DNA of 62,836 bases, the filler included, from Octopus bimaculoides (taxonomy: Eukaryota), in assembly GCF_001194135.2 (NCBI RefSeq). It is 4 parts of 3 records of this genome, joined end to end, with 100 filler letters (N's around TTAATTAATTAA, not from the genome) between each part and the next. Parts side by side here need not be neighbours in the genome. Positions count along the whole stretch, not along the records: positions 30,479 to 54,046 come from NC_069002.1; positions 54,147 to 61,434 come from NC_068994.1; positions 61,535 to 62,836 come from NC_068987.1; 1 more part is not named here. One strand, written 5' to 3'. Under the pieces are notes generated by a model. It saw only the letters and a list, made by a program, of their open reading frames with translations, was not told the DNA's origin and did not search any database. Positions 51,459-62,836 of this stretch are shown here, in pieces. The translations under genes and the position numbers were made by a program. The stretch's first letter is position 1. Each line of letters starts with the position of its first letter.

Positions 51459-52160
51459 ATGCGCGAATGTATCTNNNNNNNNNNNNNNNNNNNNNNNNNN
51501 NNNNNNNNNNNNNNNNNNNNNNNNNNNNNNNNNNNNNNNNNNNNNNNNNNNNNNNNNNNNNNNNNNNNNNNNNNNNNNNNNNNNNNNNNNNNNNNNNNNN
51601 NNNNNNNNNNNNNNNNNNNNNNNNNNNNNNNNNNNNNNNNNNNNNNNNNNNNNNNNNNNNNNNNNNNNNNNNNNNNNNNNNNNNNNNNNNNNNNNNNNNN
51701 NNNNNNNNNNNNNNNNNNNNNNNNNNNNNNNNNNNNNNNNNNNNNNNNNNNNNNNNNNNNNNNNNNNNNNNNNNNNNNNNNNNNNNNNNNNNNNNNNNNN
51801 NNNNNNNNNNNNNNNNNNNNNNNNNNNNNNNNNNNNNNNNNNNNNNNNNNNNNNNNNNNNNNNNNNNNNNNNNNNNNNNNNNNNNNNNNNNNNNNNNNNN
51901 NNNNNNNNNNNNNNNNGGCCGACCAAAGCTTTTGGATGGATTTGATAGACGGAAACTGTGTGTGTCTGTGTTTGTCCCCCCCCCCCCACCGTCGCTTGAT
52001 TATCGATGTTGGTGTGTTAACCGTAACTTAGCGGTTTGGCATATGTGACCGATAGAATAAGTACCAAGCTTACAAAGAATAAGTCTTGTGGGTCGATTTG
52101 TTCGACTAAAAGGTGGTGCTCCGGCATGGCCGCAGTCAAATGACTGAAACGAATAAAAAA
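51237..52160 (+). mobile_element. SINE family A spanning a gap
   Basis: Left half before the gap; a repeat of GGCCGACCAAAGCTTTTGGATGG after the gap, then the right half. Confidence 0.85.
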
Positions 52161-52447
52161 TAAAAGAATATATATATATATGTGAGTTTGTGTACATATA
52201 TATATGTATGTATACATATTTATATATGTATACATATATACATACATATATCATCCTGGCGGATATCTTATTATCTCAGAAATTGATATAAACACCGGCT
52301 ATCCACAACGGTCCAATTACATAGTACTCAAGCTTAAAAGTGATACTGGCACTGGTAAGCTTCACTAATTGGCTAGTTCCGTGTTCCTATTCGGAACTGC
52401 AAATATTCCGTAGAGCATATAATTGATAACGAAGAGAAGAGTGGAGG

Positions 52448-52597
52448 TTTATTCACATCCCAAACTGTTTTATTAAGAAGATTTCTACAGCGTTTACAAC
52501 ACTGACCTACATATGTTTCGAGTGCTGGTCAGTGCTGGTCAGTGCAGGTCATGTGCTGTAGAAAACTTTTAATTAAGATGTTTTGGATGTGAATAAA
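52448..52597. repeat. 150-bp imperfect palindrome carrying a decayed hammerhead-like loop
   Basis: Arms TTTATTCACATCCCAAA...TTTCTACAGC / GCTGTAGAAA...TTTGGATGTGAATAAA; the loop on the minus strand reads GAAA-CATATG-TA-GGTCA. Confidence 0.8.
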
Positions 52598-52634
52598 TAT
52601 CAGTTACACACACACACACACACACACACACATA

Positions 52635-53055
52635 CTGTAGTACCTCGCTTTTCGAACAACTCTGATTTCCAATAAATCGTGCTTTATGTATGTTTATTTT
52701 CTCGTGTTCCTTTCTGTTGAAGAGCGTAGGCTCGATACGTAAAAGACTTTCTCACCTTCCCGAGCGTTAAACTAATACACCTGTTTATTGTTTATACACC
52801 CGTCTTTGTCTTTTGTAAATTCCAACTATATATGGAGGGCAGCTGCATCAACCTCTCTCATGCACCAAATGTCAATTCGTAAAAAGCATTCGTGAAGTAA
52901 AATTATGTAGCAACACCAAATGGCGGAGCCCCAGTATGGCCACAGTTCGTGAGCTGAAACCAAGGTACTACTGTATTAAATGAATACGAGAAAGACAGGA
53001 GATAAAGTACGATTTATTCGTGATCAGGAGTTGTTCGAAAACTGAGGTCCTACTC
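52635..53055. mobile_element. Tigger/pogo-like MITE containing a PLE-like fragment
   Basis: Imperfect TIRs CTGTAGTACCTCGCTTTTCGAACAACTC / GAGTTGTTCGAAAACTGAGGTCCTACTC flanked by TA. Confidence 0.65.
52700..52830 (+). mobile_element. PLE-like terminal repeat fragment with a degenerate minimal hammerhead
   Basis: CTTT-CTGTTGAA-GAGC-GTAG-GCTC-GATA-CG-TA-AAAG; the downstream GCGTTAAACTAATACACCTGTTT is shared with 53927-54023. Confidence 0.55.
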
Positions 53056-53604
53056 TATGTGTGTATAGTGTGTATATATATATATATATATATATATNNN
53101 NNNNNNNNNNNNNNNNNNNNNNNNNNNNNNNNNNNNNNNNNNNNNNNNNNNNNNNNNNNNNNNNNNNNNNNNNNNNNNNNNNNNNNNNNNNNNNNNNNNN
53201 NNNNNNNNNNNNNNNNNNNNNNNNNNNNNNNNNNNNNNNNNNNNNNNNNNNNNNNNNNNNNNNNNNNNNNNNNNNNNNNNNNNNNNNNNNNNNNNNNNNN
53301 NNNNNNNNNNNNNNNNNNNNNNNNNNNNNNNNNNNNNNNNNNNNNNNNNNNNNNNNNNNNNNNNNNNNNNNNNNNNNACTCAATTAAAATCAATTTATAA
53401 AAAATTAAAATTATATTGAGCTTTATAGATAAAATATATATAAAATATATAGTTTTAGGGAAAATAACCAAGTTTCAAGAACTCATCGATGAAAATCCAC
53501 TATCACATATAGAAAAATTAATAATTAAAAGCACAATAAATGAGTATAATATAAAGTAAAGTAAATATCATAAGATAAATATAATAATAATAATAACATG
53601 CTTA

Positions 53605-53785
53605 TCTTTTATATGTCTCAGTCATTGGGTTGCGGCGATACTGGGGCACGCCTTGAAGTGTTTTGGTCGAACAAATCGATCCCAGTAGTTACTTCTTAAA
53701 TTCTGGTGCGTATTCTACCGGTCTATAGCAAAAGAAACTTGCCATGCAGTGGGACTGAACTCAGAACCCTGTTGAGAAGACAACC
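53605..53785 (-). mobile_element. SINE family A, deleted and decayed
   Basis: CAGTCATTGG.TTGCGGC.ATACTGGGGCAC...GCAGTGGGACTGAAC. Confidence 0.7.
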
Positions 53786-53926
53786 CGCTACGCACACACA
53801 CATATAGACACACACACTAGCTCTCTCTTTCTTTCTCATAAAGCACACACACACACAAATCACACATTTCCGGTCTGATTATCTGCCAATGATGGAAAAC
53901 GAGTAACTCAAAAGTATTGGAAACTG

Positions 53927-54023
53927 GAGCACTGGGTCGAAACGTAAAATACTTTTCTATTCTTCCTCAGCGTTAAACTAATACACCTGTTTGTTGTTCC
54001 TAAACCTGCCTTCATCTTTTGTT
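53927..54023 (+). mobile_element. Second copy of the PLE-like terminal repeat fragment
   Basis: GAGC....G.TCGAAACGTAAAA.ACTTT...AGCGTTAAACTAATACACCTGTTTG. Confidence 0.55.
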
Positions 54024-54046
54024 ATTATATATATATATATATATAT

Positions 54047-54146
54047 NNNNNNNNNNNNNNNNNNNNNNNNNNNNNNNNNNNNNNNNNNNNTTAATTAATT
54101 AANNNNNNNNNNNNNNNNNNNNNNNNNNNNNNNNNNNNNNNNNNNN
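54047..54146. other. Artificial 100-bp gap spacer
   Basis: 44 N + TTAATTAATTAA + 44 N. Confidence 0.95.
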
Positions 54147-54557
54147 TAAGAAGCTTCCTTCCCAACCATATCGTACCGGGTTCTGTGCTTTCCACGCATT
54201 TTCTATCGAATCTCCTACGAGTTAACAAGGTATCATTTGACGACAATGTAAGTAATTACTACTTCCGAGATTCTGTTAGCTATGAAACATATGTAGCCAG
54301 GAATTTATCTACTCGTTTCCCTAATTTGTGATTTTCTGTATATATATAATACCTCTAAGCTTAAAAATATACCCTGAAGGCTTTTAATCAACCTTGAAGG
54401 GTTTTTATCGACCAAAGCTACTTATATATTTTAAAGCCTGATATTTATACTACTTGTTAGGGGACCATAAACTAACTAATGCTGGTCGTCAAGCGGTGGT
54501 TATGGACAAATACATACACAAAGACACACACACAAATATACATATACATACATGCAC

Positions 54558-54641
<84 letters not shown>

Positions 54642-55102
54642 CTCAAACAAAAGTATAAATGTTATATATAATATTATGTCAATTCAATTTGTGTACGACA
54701 CGTAGTTAGAATCAATGTCAGGTATGTAATATAGTTTCATTTAGTAGACCCTTTGAATTTATTCATCAAGAATCTACACTTATCACTGTTGCTGAAATAA
54801 TAATGATGCCATGTATTATTTGATATCTATAATATATTATATGATATTTCGGTAATAATCCTTTGGTACAGTGGAAATGAAACAATTACAGTATTATGCA
54901 ATGAAGTGTGTTTACTCAATCCATTCTCTTTTGTTTACACTTCCATAAATATAATATACACACAACAACGTGTAATATATATATATATATATATAAAATT
55001 AAATTCTTTTAAAACTTTTACCACCTTTTCTTCTCCATCTTTAATTGTTTGTTGAGTTTTTATAGGATATGTGTTCTATAAAAATGCTCATAACACACCT
55101 TA

Positions 55103-55262
55103 TAGGCGTAGCTGTGTGATAAGGAGCTTTCTTCCCAACCACATGGTTCTGGGTTCAATCCCACTACGTGGTATCTTGGGCAAGTGACTTCTACTATAGC
55201 CTCGGGCCGATCAAAGCCTTGTGAGTGGATTTGGTAGACGGAAACTGAAAGAAGCTCCTCGT
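55103..55262 (+). mobile_element. SINE family A, left half
   Basis: GCTGTGTGATAAG...TAGCCTCGGGCCGA...GACGGAAACTGAAAGAAG. Confidence 0.85.
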
Positions 55263-55899
55263 ATATATATATATATATATATGAAAAATATATACAAAAG
55301 TATTAATTTCCAGTAAATATCGGTGCCTTGTTGTACCACTCTTCTGAATTTATATATNNNNNNNNNNNNNNNNNNNNNNNNNNNNNNNNNNNNNNNNNNN
55401 NNNNNNNNNNNNNNNNNNNNNNNNNNNNNNNNNNNNNNNNNNNNNNNNNNNNNNNNNNNNNNNNNNNNNNNNNNNNNNNNNNNNNNNNNNNNNNNNNNNN
55501 NNNNNNNNNNNNNNNNNNNNNNNNNNNNNNNNNNNNNNNNNNNNNNNNNNNNNNNNNNNNNNNNNNNNNNNNNNNNNNNNNNNNNNNNNNNNNNNNNNNN
55601 NNNNNNNNNNNNNNNNNNNNNNNNNNNNNNNNNNNNNNNNNNNNNNNNNATATATATATATATCTTGTATAAAAGATCGTGGTTAAGGCCAAAACAATGC
55701 GAAGTAAATGCAAGGTAAATCATAAGAAAACAAATATGTGAATTAATGTAGACTTATCTTGTATTCAATATTTCGGGGTTATGGCCCCATTTTAAAGAAA
55801 TAGACGAATGTTGCCGATCCTTTATACAATATATTCTACACAATGCTTCATAGTAATTATTCCGTTATAATATATATATATATATATATAAGAGTTTTA

Positions 55900-56355
55900 A
55901 AATATAGTTTCAGATTTGGGCACAAGGCCGGTAAGTTCGCGGAAGGGGTCAAGTTGATCACATTAACCCCATTGCTCAACTGGTACTTAGTTTATTGACC
56001 TCTAAAGGATAAAATGCAAAGTCGACCTCGGCGGAACTTGAACTCAGAACCTGAATGTTGACGAAATACCGCTGAGCATTTTGCCGGCATGCTAAAGATT
56101 CTGCCAGCTCGCCAACTTTAAAACTTGTAAAATATATTGGTTTCAAATTTTTGGCACAAGGCCAGCAATTTCGAGGGAGGCGGTAAGTCGATTACATCGA
56201 TCCCAATACTCAACTAGTACTTATTTTATCGACTCCCAAAGGATGAAAGGCAAATTCAACCTTGGCAGAATTTGAAATCAGAATGTGAAGACGGACAAAA
56301 TAGTTCTAAGCATTTTCCCCGGCATACTAACAATTCTATCAGTTTGCCCGCCGCC
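55900..56355 (-). mobile_element. Two tandem SINE family B copies
   Basis: GGATAAAATGCAAAGTCGACCTCGGCGGAAC and GGATGAAAGGCAAATTCAACCTTGGCAGAAT. Confidence 0.8.
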
Positions 56356-57389
56356 TTACACTTGTAAAATATATAAAAATCTATTTCAAATTGTCTGACT
56401 CAGAACTTGATGCATAGAATATAATTGGACACAGCTTTTAATNNNNNNNNNNNNNNNNNNNNNNNNNNNNNNNNNNNNNNNNNNNNNNNNNNNNNNNNNN
56501 NNNNNNNNNNNNNNNNNNNNNNNNNNNNNNNNNNNNNNNNNNCATGCATACATACATACACACATGCATACATACATACATACATACATGCCGTTAAGTT
56601 TAAAGTTTTTAGGTTAGCTTTGAAAGTTGCATTCCCTCGCGATCGGTAAAAATGTGCTTATTTTGGTAGTTTTGACTTATGAAGTCCCTCTAAGCGTGAG
56701 GCATTATTGTATAGTAATGCCCTTATATAAATCAAATTATATATATTTATGGAAAAAAAATGATGGGTTTTTTTTTTCCTTATGAGGTTTTTTTCACGCT
56801 GACTACTTGATAAATTCTTAAAAAGATTTTATCCTTACATTATATATATATAAGATCGGAANNNNNNNNNNNNNNNNNNNNNNNNNNNNNNNNNNNNNNN
56901 NNNNNNNNNNNNNNNNNNNNNNNNNNNNNNNNNNNNNNNNNNNNNNNNNNNNNNNNNNNNNNNNNNNNNNNNNNNNNNNNNNNNNNNNNNNNNNNNNNNN
57001 NNNNNNNNNNNNNNNNNNNNNNNNNNNNNNNNNNNNNNNNNNNNNNNNNNNNNNNNNNNNNNNNNNNNNNNNNNNNNNNNNNNNNNNNNNNNNNNNNNNN
57101 NNNNNNNNNNNNNNNNNNNNNNNNNNNNNNNNNNNNNNNNNNNNNNNNNNNNNNNNNNNNNNNNNNNNNNNNNNNNNNNNNNNNNNNNNNNNNNNNNNNN
57201 NNNNNNNNNNNNNNNNNNNNNNNNNNNNNNNNNNNNNNNNNNNNNNNNNNNNNNNNNNNNNNNNNNNNNNNNNNNNNNNNNNNNNNNNNNNNNNNNNNNN
57301 NNNNNNNNNNNNNNNNNNNNNNNNNNNNNNNNNNNNNNNNNNNNNNNNNNNNNNNNNNNNNNNNNNNNNNNNNNNNNNNNNNNNNNNNN

Positions 57390-57446
<57 letters not shown>

Positions 57447-57629
57447 GTATATGTACAGACATATATACGCATATAGAGACTGCCATCATGCTGGAGCTCC
57501 GCCTTAGTTTGTTTCCGCTTATTCATTCATTAGTATTTTCTTTTCAGTTTTGTGGATGTTTTATGCATGGAAGTTGGTCTATAATTGAGTTAGTAGCAGC
57601 TGCTTTTTCTTGAGTGTAACTATATATGT

Positions 57630-57716
57630 ATGTAAGAATAAGTCCTGGGGTCGATTTGCTCGACTAAAAGGTGGTGCTCCAGCATGGCCACAGTCAAAAG
57701 ACTGAAACAAGTAAAA
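57630..57716 (+). mobile_element. SINE family A 3' fragment
   Basis: GAATAAGTCCTGGGGTCGATTTGCTCGACTAAAAGGTGGTGCTCCAGCATGG. Confidence 0.8.
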
Positions 57717-57766
57717 TAGTAAAATAGTATATATAGTTGACTAGTTCGGAATTTTGTGTTGTTGGA

Positions 57767-58060
57767 AGTTTCACGTTCCCGTTCGTCGGACGGTTTTGGT
57801 TGAGAATGGAACAAGATATAGTTATAAGCATAAATATACAATTACGTTAGATACAATTAGATACAATTAGATACACATTTGAAGATGGTTTTGTTTCATT
57901 GCTCCTTTCAGCTAACGGTCTTTTCAATAACCGGTTATATGGAATTACAATTACGATTTAAAATCATTATTATAAAAATCGAAGAAAACCTTAAATCATA
58001 AATTAGCTTTAGCAGGAGGTAAAAAAAAAAAAACTCTCCAACGAACGGGAACGTGAAACT
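57767..58060. mobile_element. Putative MITE with ~31-bp inverted repeats
   Basis: AGTTTCACGTTCCCGTTCGTCGGACGGTTTT vs AAAACTCTCCAACGAACGGGAACGTGAAACT; no clean TSD. Confidence 0.55.
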
Positions 58061-58236
58061 CTAAGTAACAGTTTTTGTGATGTCCTTGCAGCTTTATTAA
58101 TAAAGCATATTACTCTACCTCCGGTATCCGAGGTACTGTTTTTTTCCACCTTGTTTCACATATATGTATAATACTTGGCGATCATCTATGTCTGTTTCCC
58201 GTTTGTTTGTGTATTTATAATCAGTTTTTAACTCAT

Positions 58237-58275
<39 letters not shown>

Positions 58276-58402
58276 GTGTGTACGTATATTTATCATTATA
58301 TATATATATTATATCTGTATCTATATCTATCTATATATACATATATATATGTATGTATGTACCTATCTATCCATATATAGGTATATATATATATATATAT
58401 AT

Positions 58403-58521
58403 ATATTGAACATACTGTTGATTATGATATTAATTAAAGAATTAGTAATTAAAACATACTATGTAAGAAGGAGCTCTGGTAGCCTTATATTACTAGATAC
58501 ATACTATGATTGAGGGCGCTC
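58403..58521 (+). repeat. 119-bp direct repeat, copy 1
   Basis: Nearly identical to 59484-59602 (AAAACATACT vs AAAATACACT is the only difference seen). Confidence 0.9.
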
Positions 58522-58597
58522 AATATATATGTATATTTATATTTATATTAATATGTACGCATGTACATGCTTATATATATATATATATATATGTATG

Positions 58598-58636
<39 letters not shown>

Positions 58637-58651
58637 GTAAGTATGTATGTA

Positions 58652-58770
58652 CAGTAATACCTTGACATACGAGTTAATTTGTTCCCGGAGACCGTTCGTA
58701 AAGCGAAAACTCGTAAAGCAGAGAAATAATTTCCCATAGTAGCAATGTTATAAATAGTAATTCGTTCCCA
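58652..58770 (+). mobile_element. Tigger/pogo-like MITE 5' fragment
   Basis: TA|CAGTAATACCTTGACATACGAG...; homologous to 16370-16460. Confidence 0.6.
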
Positions 58771-59339
58771 GAAAAATATCTTACCGATAAAATTTATAAT
58801 ACTCGTAAATAAATGGCAATAAAACAACAGTAGAATGTAAAGTATATTTTATGTAAATTAAAAGGAATGTCAAGATCACTCATAATAAAAAAATCTTATT
58901 ATAATCGTTTTCTGAATCACCTGGTGATGGAAGTTTGACTCTTAGTAACTAGCTTCTTCTAGGAAGAATTCAAATGAGGAAACACAGATATCAGTACATA
59001 ATATATAAATACAAAAGTATGCAATTATGTGTATATTATTATCCTTTCTTTCAGCCTCTCATTTAGTTGACCCATGATCAAAGATATTCCGATCATGAAT
59101 ATTTCCTGTTCTAACAATGTAACTGCTACTATGTCGTTTGCATTTATAAGTGGTTGATTTAGCTGATTTTCTAGCATGTTGACTAAGCCAAATAGAGGTT
59201 TTACTTTTGACTATCAGTTAGTTTGTGGTAAGTAGGCAACAGCTTTCAATCCTACTCATACATACACGTATACTACTAGTACGTGCTTATTTGTGCAATA
59301 TATCTCAGTTCTGGTGGCATGTTTGATTATTCATTTTTT

Positions 59340-59478
59340 TTCTTTTACTTGTTTCAGTCATTTTAACTGTGGCCATGCTGGAGCACCGCCTTGAAGAGTT
59401 TTAATCGAACAAATCGACCCCTGTACTTATTTTTTAAGCCTCGTACTTATGCTATCGGTCTCTTTTGCCGAACTGCTT
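59340..59478 (-). mobile_element. SINE family A 3' fragment, ending next to direct-repeat copy 2
   Basis: TTGTTTCAGTCATTTT.ACTGTGGCCATGCTGGAGCACCGCC...TTTTGCCGAACTGCT. Confidence 0.8.
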
Positions 59479-59483
59479 CCACA

Positions 59484-59602
59484 ATATTGAACATACTGTT
59501 GATTATGATATTAATTAAAGAATTAGTAATTAAAATACACTATGTAAGAAGGAGCTCTGGTAGCCTTATATTACTAGATACATACTATGATTGAGGGCGC
59601 TC
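59484..59602 (+). repeat. 119-bp direct repeat, copy 2
   Basis: See copy 1. Confidence 0.9.
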
Positions 59603-59899
59603 TAGAAGACCTGTATTATTAAAATAAATGAATGTATTAGAGATAGACTATTTACGGCACAAGACTGGTTTTCCTTTTCACTAGAAAATGCTTCAAACTC
59701 TGTCAATTGCTGACACTCAGGTGAAAACTACAATGTAATATTACTTTTACATTTGGCACGAGATGGTTTCAGAAAGGCACTTCTGATCACATCCATAAGG
59801 GGGTCATTAGACTAATTAGCATATATTCTTGGCCCAGCATTAACTGCAAGGCTCAATCTTTCCTCCTTAGAAAGTCTTAATACGTTAACGACATCAGTC

Positions 59900-59933
<34 letters not shown>

Positions 59934-60811
59934 NNNNNNNNNNNNNNNNNNNNNNNNNNNNNNNNNNNNNNNNNNNNNNNNNNNNNNNNNNNNNNNNNNN
60001 NNNNNNNNNNNNNNNNNNNNNNNNNNNNNNNNNNNNNNNNNNNNNNNNNNNNNNNNNNNNNNNNNNNNNNNNNNNNNNNNNNNNNNNNNNNNNNNNNNNN
60101 NNNNNNNNNNNNNNNNNNNNNNNNNNNNNNNNNNNNNNNNNNNNNNNNNNNNNNNNNNNNNNNNNNNNNNNNNNNNNNNNNNNNNNNNNNNNNNNNNNNN
60201 NNNNNNNNNNNNNNNNNNNNNNNNNNNNNNNNNNNNNNNNNNNNNNNNNNNNNNNNNNNNNNNNNNNNNNNNNNNNNNNNNNNNNNNNNNNNNNNNNNNN
60301 NNNNNNNNNNNNNNNNNNNNNNNNNNNNNNNNNNNNNNNNNNNNNNNNNNNNNNNNNNNNNNNNNNNNNNNNNNNNNNNNNNNNNNNNNNNNNNNNNNNN
60401 NNNNNNNNNNNNNNNNNNNNNNNNNNNNNNNNNNNNNNNNNNNNNNNNNNNNNNNNNNNNNNNNNNNNNNNNNNNNNNNNNNNNNNNNNNNNNNNNNNNN
60501 NNNNNNNNNNNNNNNNNNNNNNNNNNNNNNNNNNNNNNNNNNNNNNNNNNNNNNNNNNNNNNNNNNNNNNNNNNNNNNNNNNNNNNNNNNNNNNNNNNNN
60601 NNNNNNNNNNNNNNNNNNNNNNNNNNNNNNNNNNNNNNNNNNNNNNNNNNNNNNNNNNNNNNNNNNNNNNNNNNNNNNNNNNNNNNNNNNNNNNNNNNNN
60701 NNNNNNNNNNNNNNNNNNNNNNNNNNNNNNNNNNNNNNNNNNNNNNNNNNNNNNNNNNNNNNNNNNNNNNNNNNNNNNNNNNNNNNNNNNNNNNNNNNNN
60801 NNNNNNNNNNN

Positions 60812-60874
<63 letters not shown>

Positions 60875-60886
60875 TAGATATAGTGA

Positions 60887-61194
60887 GGGCGCATGGCTCA
60901 GTGATTAGAGTATCGGGCTTACGATCGTGAGGTTGTGAGTTCGAATCCCGGACCGGGCTGCGTGTTGTGTCCTTGAGCATGACACTTTATTTCACGTTGC
61001 TCCAGTAGAAATGAGTTGCAACGTCACTGGTACCAAGCTGTAACGGCCTTTGCCTTTTCCTTGGATAACACTGGTTGCGTGGGGAGGGCAGGCTGGTATG
61101 CATGGGTCTTCCATAAACAACCTTGCCCGGACTTGTGTCTAGGAGGGTAATTTTCTAGGTGCAATCCCATGGTTAGTCATGACCGAAGGGGGTC
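60887..61194 (+). mobile_element. tRNA-derived SINE, family D
   Basis: GGGCGCATGGCTCAGTGATTAGAG A-box and GAGTTCGAATCCC B-box, followed by the TTGTGTCCTTGAGCA.GACACTT body. Confidence 0.85.
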
Positions 61195-61434
61195 TCAGCA
61201 TATTTATATACGAGAGAAAGAGAGGGAGCGTGTAAATAGGGTTATTATATAAGCTGTGTTCTCCTGAAACACATCTGCATATACCATTACATCCAAATTG
61301 TATGTAGATGTTATAGTCGTGTGAGGCATGCATAAGAGTTGAAAAATACTGGAAAATAGTAGTGTAACGGTGAAAAATACCAAAATGTTTTTCCTACCTC
61401 CTAATCTGGTATCTATCTATCTATCTATCTATCC

Positions 61435-61534
61435 NNNNNNNNNNNNNNNNNNNNNNNNNNNNNNNNNNNNNNNNNNNNTTAATTAATTAANNNNNNNNNN
61501 NNNNNNNNNNNNNNNNNNNNNNNNNNNNNNNNNN
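61435..61534. other. Artificial 100-bp gap spacer
   Basis: 44 N + TTAATTAATTAA + 44 N. Confidence 0.95.
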
Positions 61535-61750
61535 ACCTACCATCCCACCACCCTACCTCTCCAACGCACCATTCTCCGAGCTTTCCGGCGCCTCCAGTCC
61601 GACCCCTCCACCTTCCACTTCTTCCCAAATCGACCCCTCCCCTCCTTCAAACGAGCTCATAACCTATGAGACCTCTTGGTCCACAGCTTCTTCCCCAACC
61701 CAACCTCCCAACCTGCCTCGTTCCCTTGCTCCCGCCCACGCTGGTTGATC
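61535..61750 (+). mobile_element. Penelope-like element ORF remnant (post-RT linker), C-rich lineage
   Basis: Translation TYHPTTLPLQRTILRAFRRLQSDPSTFHFFPNRPLPSFKRAHNL*DLLVHS resembles the PLE 'TYHP....I..II...F..LQ.DP....IF...P...F.R..NL.D.LV.S' motif. Confidence 0.75.
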
Positions 61751-62836
61751 TCGGTAGTGCGTATATGTTTGTGTCTCCTTGTGATGATATTGCACATTTG
61801 CTGCAAGTGAATATCATTCTATTCTATTATCCTGCACAAGGGCGAGTCCAAGGGAAGAAAATATGCCTCAGTGAAGTCTGTCCGATCCATGCAATTATAA
61901 AAAACTGTCCGCTGAATCGGTGGTACAAACATATGCATACACACACACAAGGACACACACACACACACGCACTCCTGTGCTTGTTTGTGTGAGATCATAT
62001 GCATTTGTTGTGTGTATGTACATATATGTGTATATAAATAAATGCATATAGAGAGAGGGGAGAAGGAGAGAGAAAGACAATTAGAAAGATAGGCAAGAAT
62101 ATATACAGAGAAAGAGAAATATTTCATATACCTGCTCCGTGATAAACTTTGATTATCATCTTCAGATTATTTTTCATTTTTGTAAATATTAACTTGAAAA
62201 CATGTTTTTTTTTTCCTGTACTTTATGTATTATGCCATTTTTGTGGAAATGTTCTTCATTTAATGCCTTTTATTTGCGTGTAAGATAATTTTGAAAATTT
62301 CAGTTTGCCAATATTTTATCTTTATAACATGTAGTATATGCCTCCGATATGTGCTTCCACATCTCTTTTTGATTCAAGAAAACTGTTTTAATATTTCTCA
62401 ATATGGAACAAGATTGGAGTCTCATAATTAACGAGTTACAGATAAAAGTTACACTGGTTATTAATCTCAATCGAAATTGTTCTCTATATAATATTAAACA
62501 GGGAATGTCGGTTTTAACTCGAGCCAACAGGAATAATGCTTTCAACCGAGATTTACCATACATTTCTTTGTAGTTAATGCTCGACTTTTAACTGTTCTAT
62601 GTATGTAAATGTATTTCGAAACCATTTCCGATGCAATGGCATTTAATAAAACGCTACCTTGATTGATATGCAATCTTTAAATGCTTCCTCAGCGTTTTCA
62701 TTCAGCTCTATCTTTCTCTCTCTCCCTCTTCATGTATTTGTATATATACACATATCTACAGCGATATACATATACATACATACATACATGCACACAGCCA
62801 CATGTATATATATATATATACATACATATATGTATA

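Noticed and set aside
60887-60960. tRNA-like sequences (also 1196-1270, 31156-31230 and family A/B heads)
   Set aside because: A/B boxes are present, but there is no complete cloverleaf or acceptor stem and they run straight into repeated SINE bodies.

Overview
Draft-assembly window of an animal genome. It is AT-rich, roughly a quarter N-gaps, and saturated with microsatellites. The repeat families look cephalopod (Octopus-like); this is from recall, not a database search. I recognise no intact host protein-coding gene, rRNA, genuine tRNA or CRISPR array, and almost all listed ORFs come from gaps, microsatellites or SINEs. The window holds about 40 copies or fragments of at least five tRNA-derived SINE families (working names A-D, F), several DNA transposons and MITEs (a decayed DD37D/maT element, mariner and Tigger-like MITEs, a hAT-like MITE, a GGGG-ended element with 4-bp TSD, a 430-bp foldback), an RTE-like RT remnant and two Penelope-like (PLE) ORF remnants. 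The most notable signal is self-cleaving RNA motifs. Two apparently intact type I hammerhead ribozymes with unrelated sequences are present: 18097-18225 (+), with an unusually long 100-nt helix II, and 46659-46730 (-), with a possible competing upstream pairing. Several decayed or minimal hammerhead relatives also occur, one embedded in a 150-bp palindrome. SINE boundaries are approximate.
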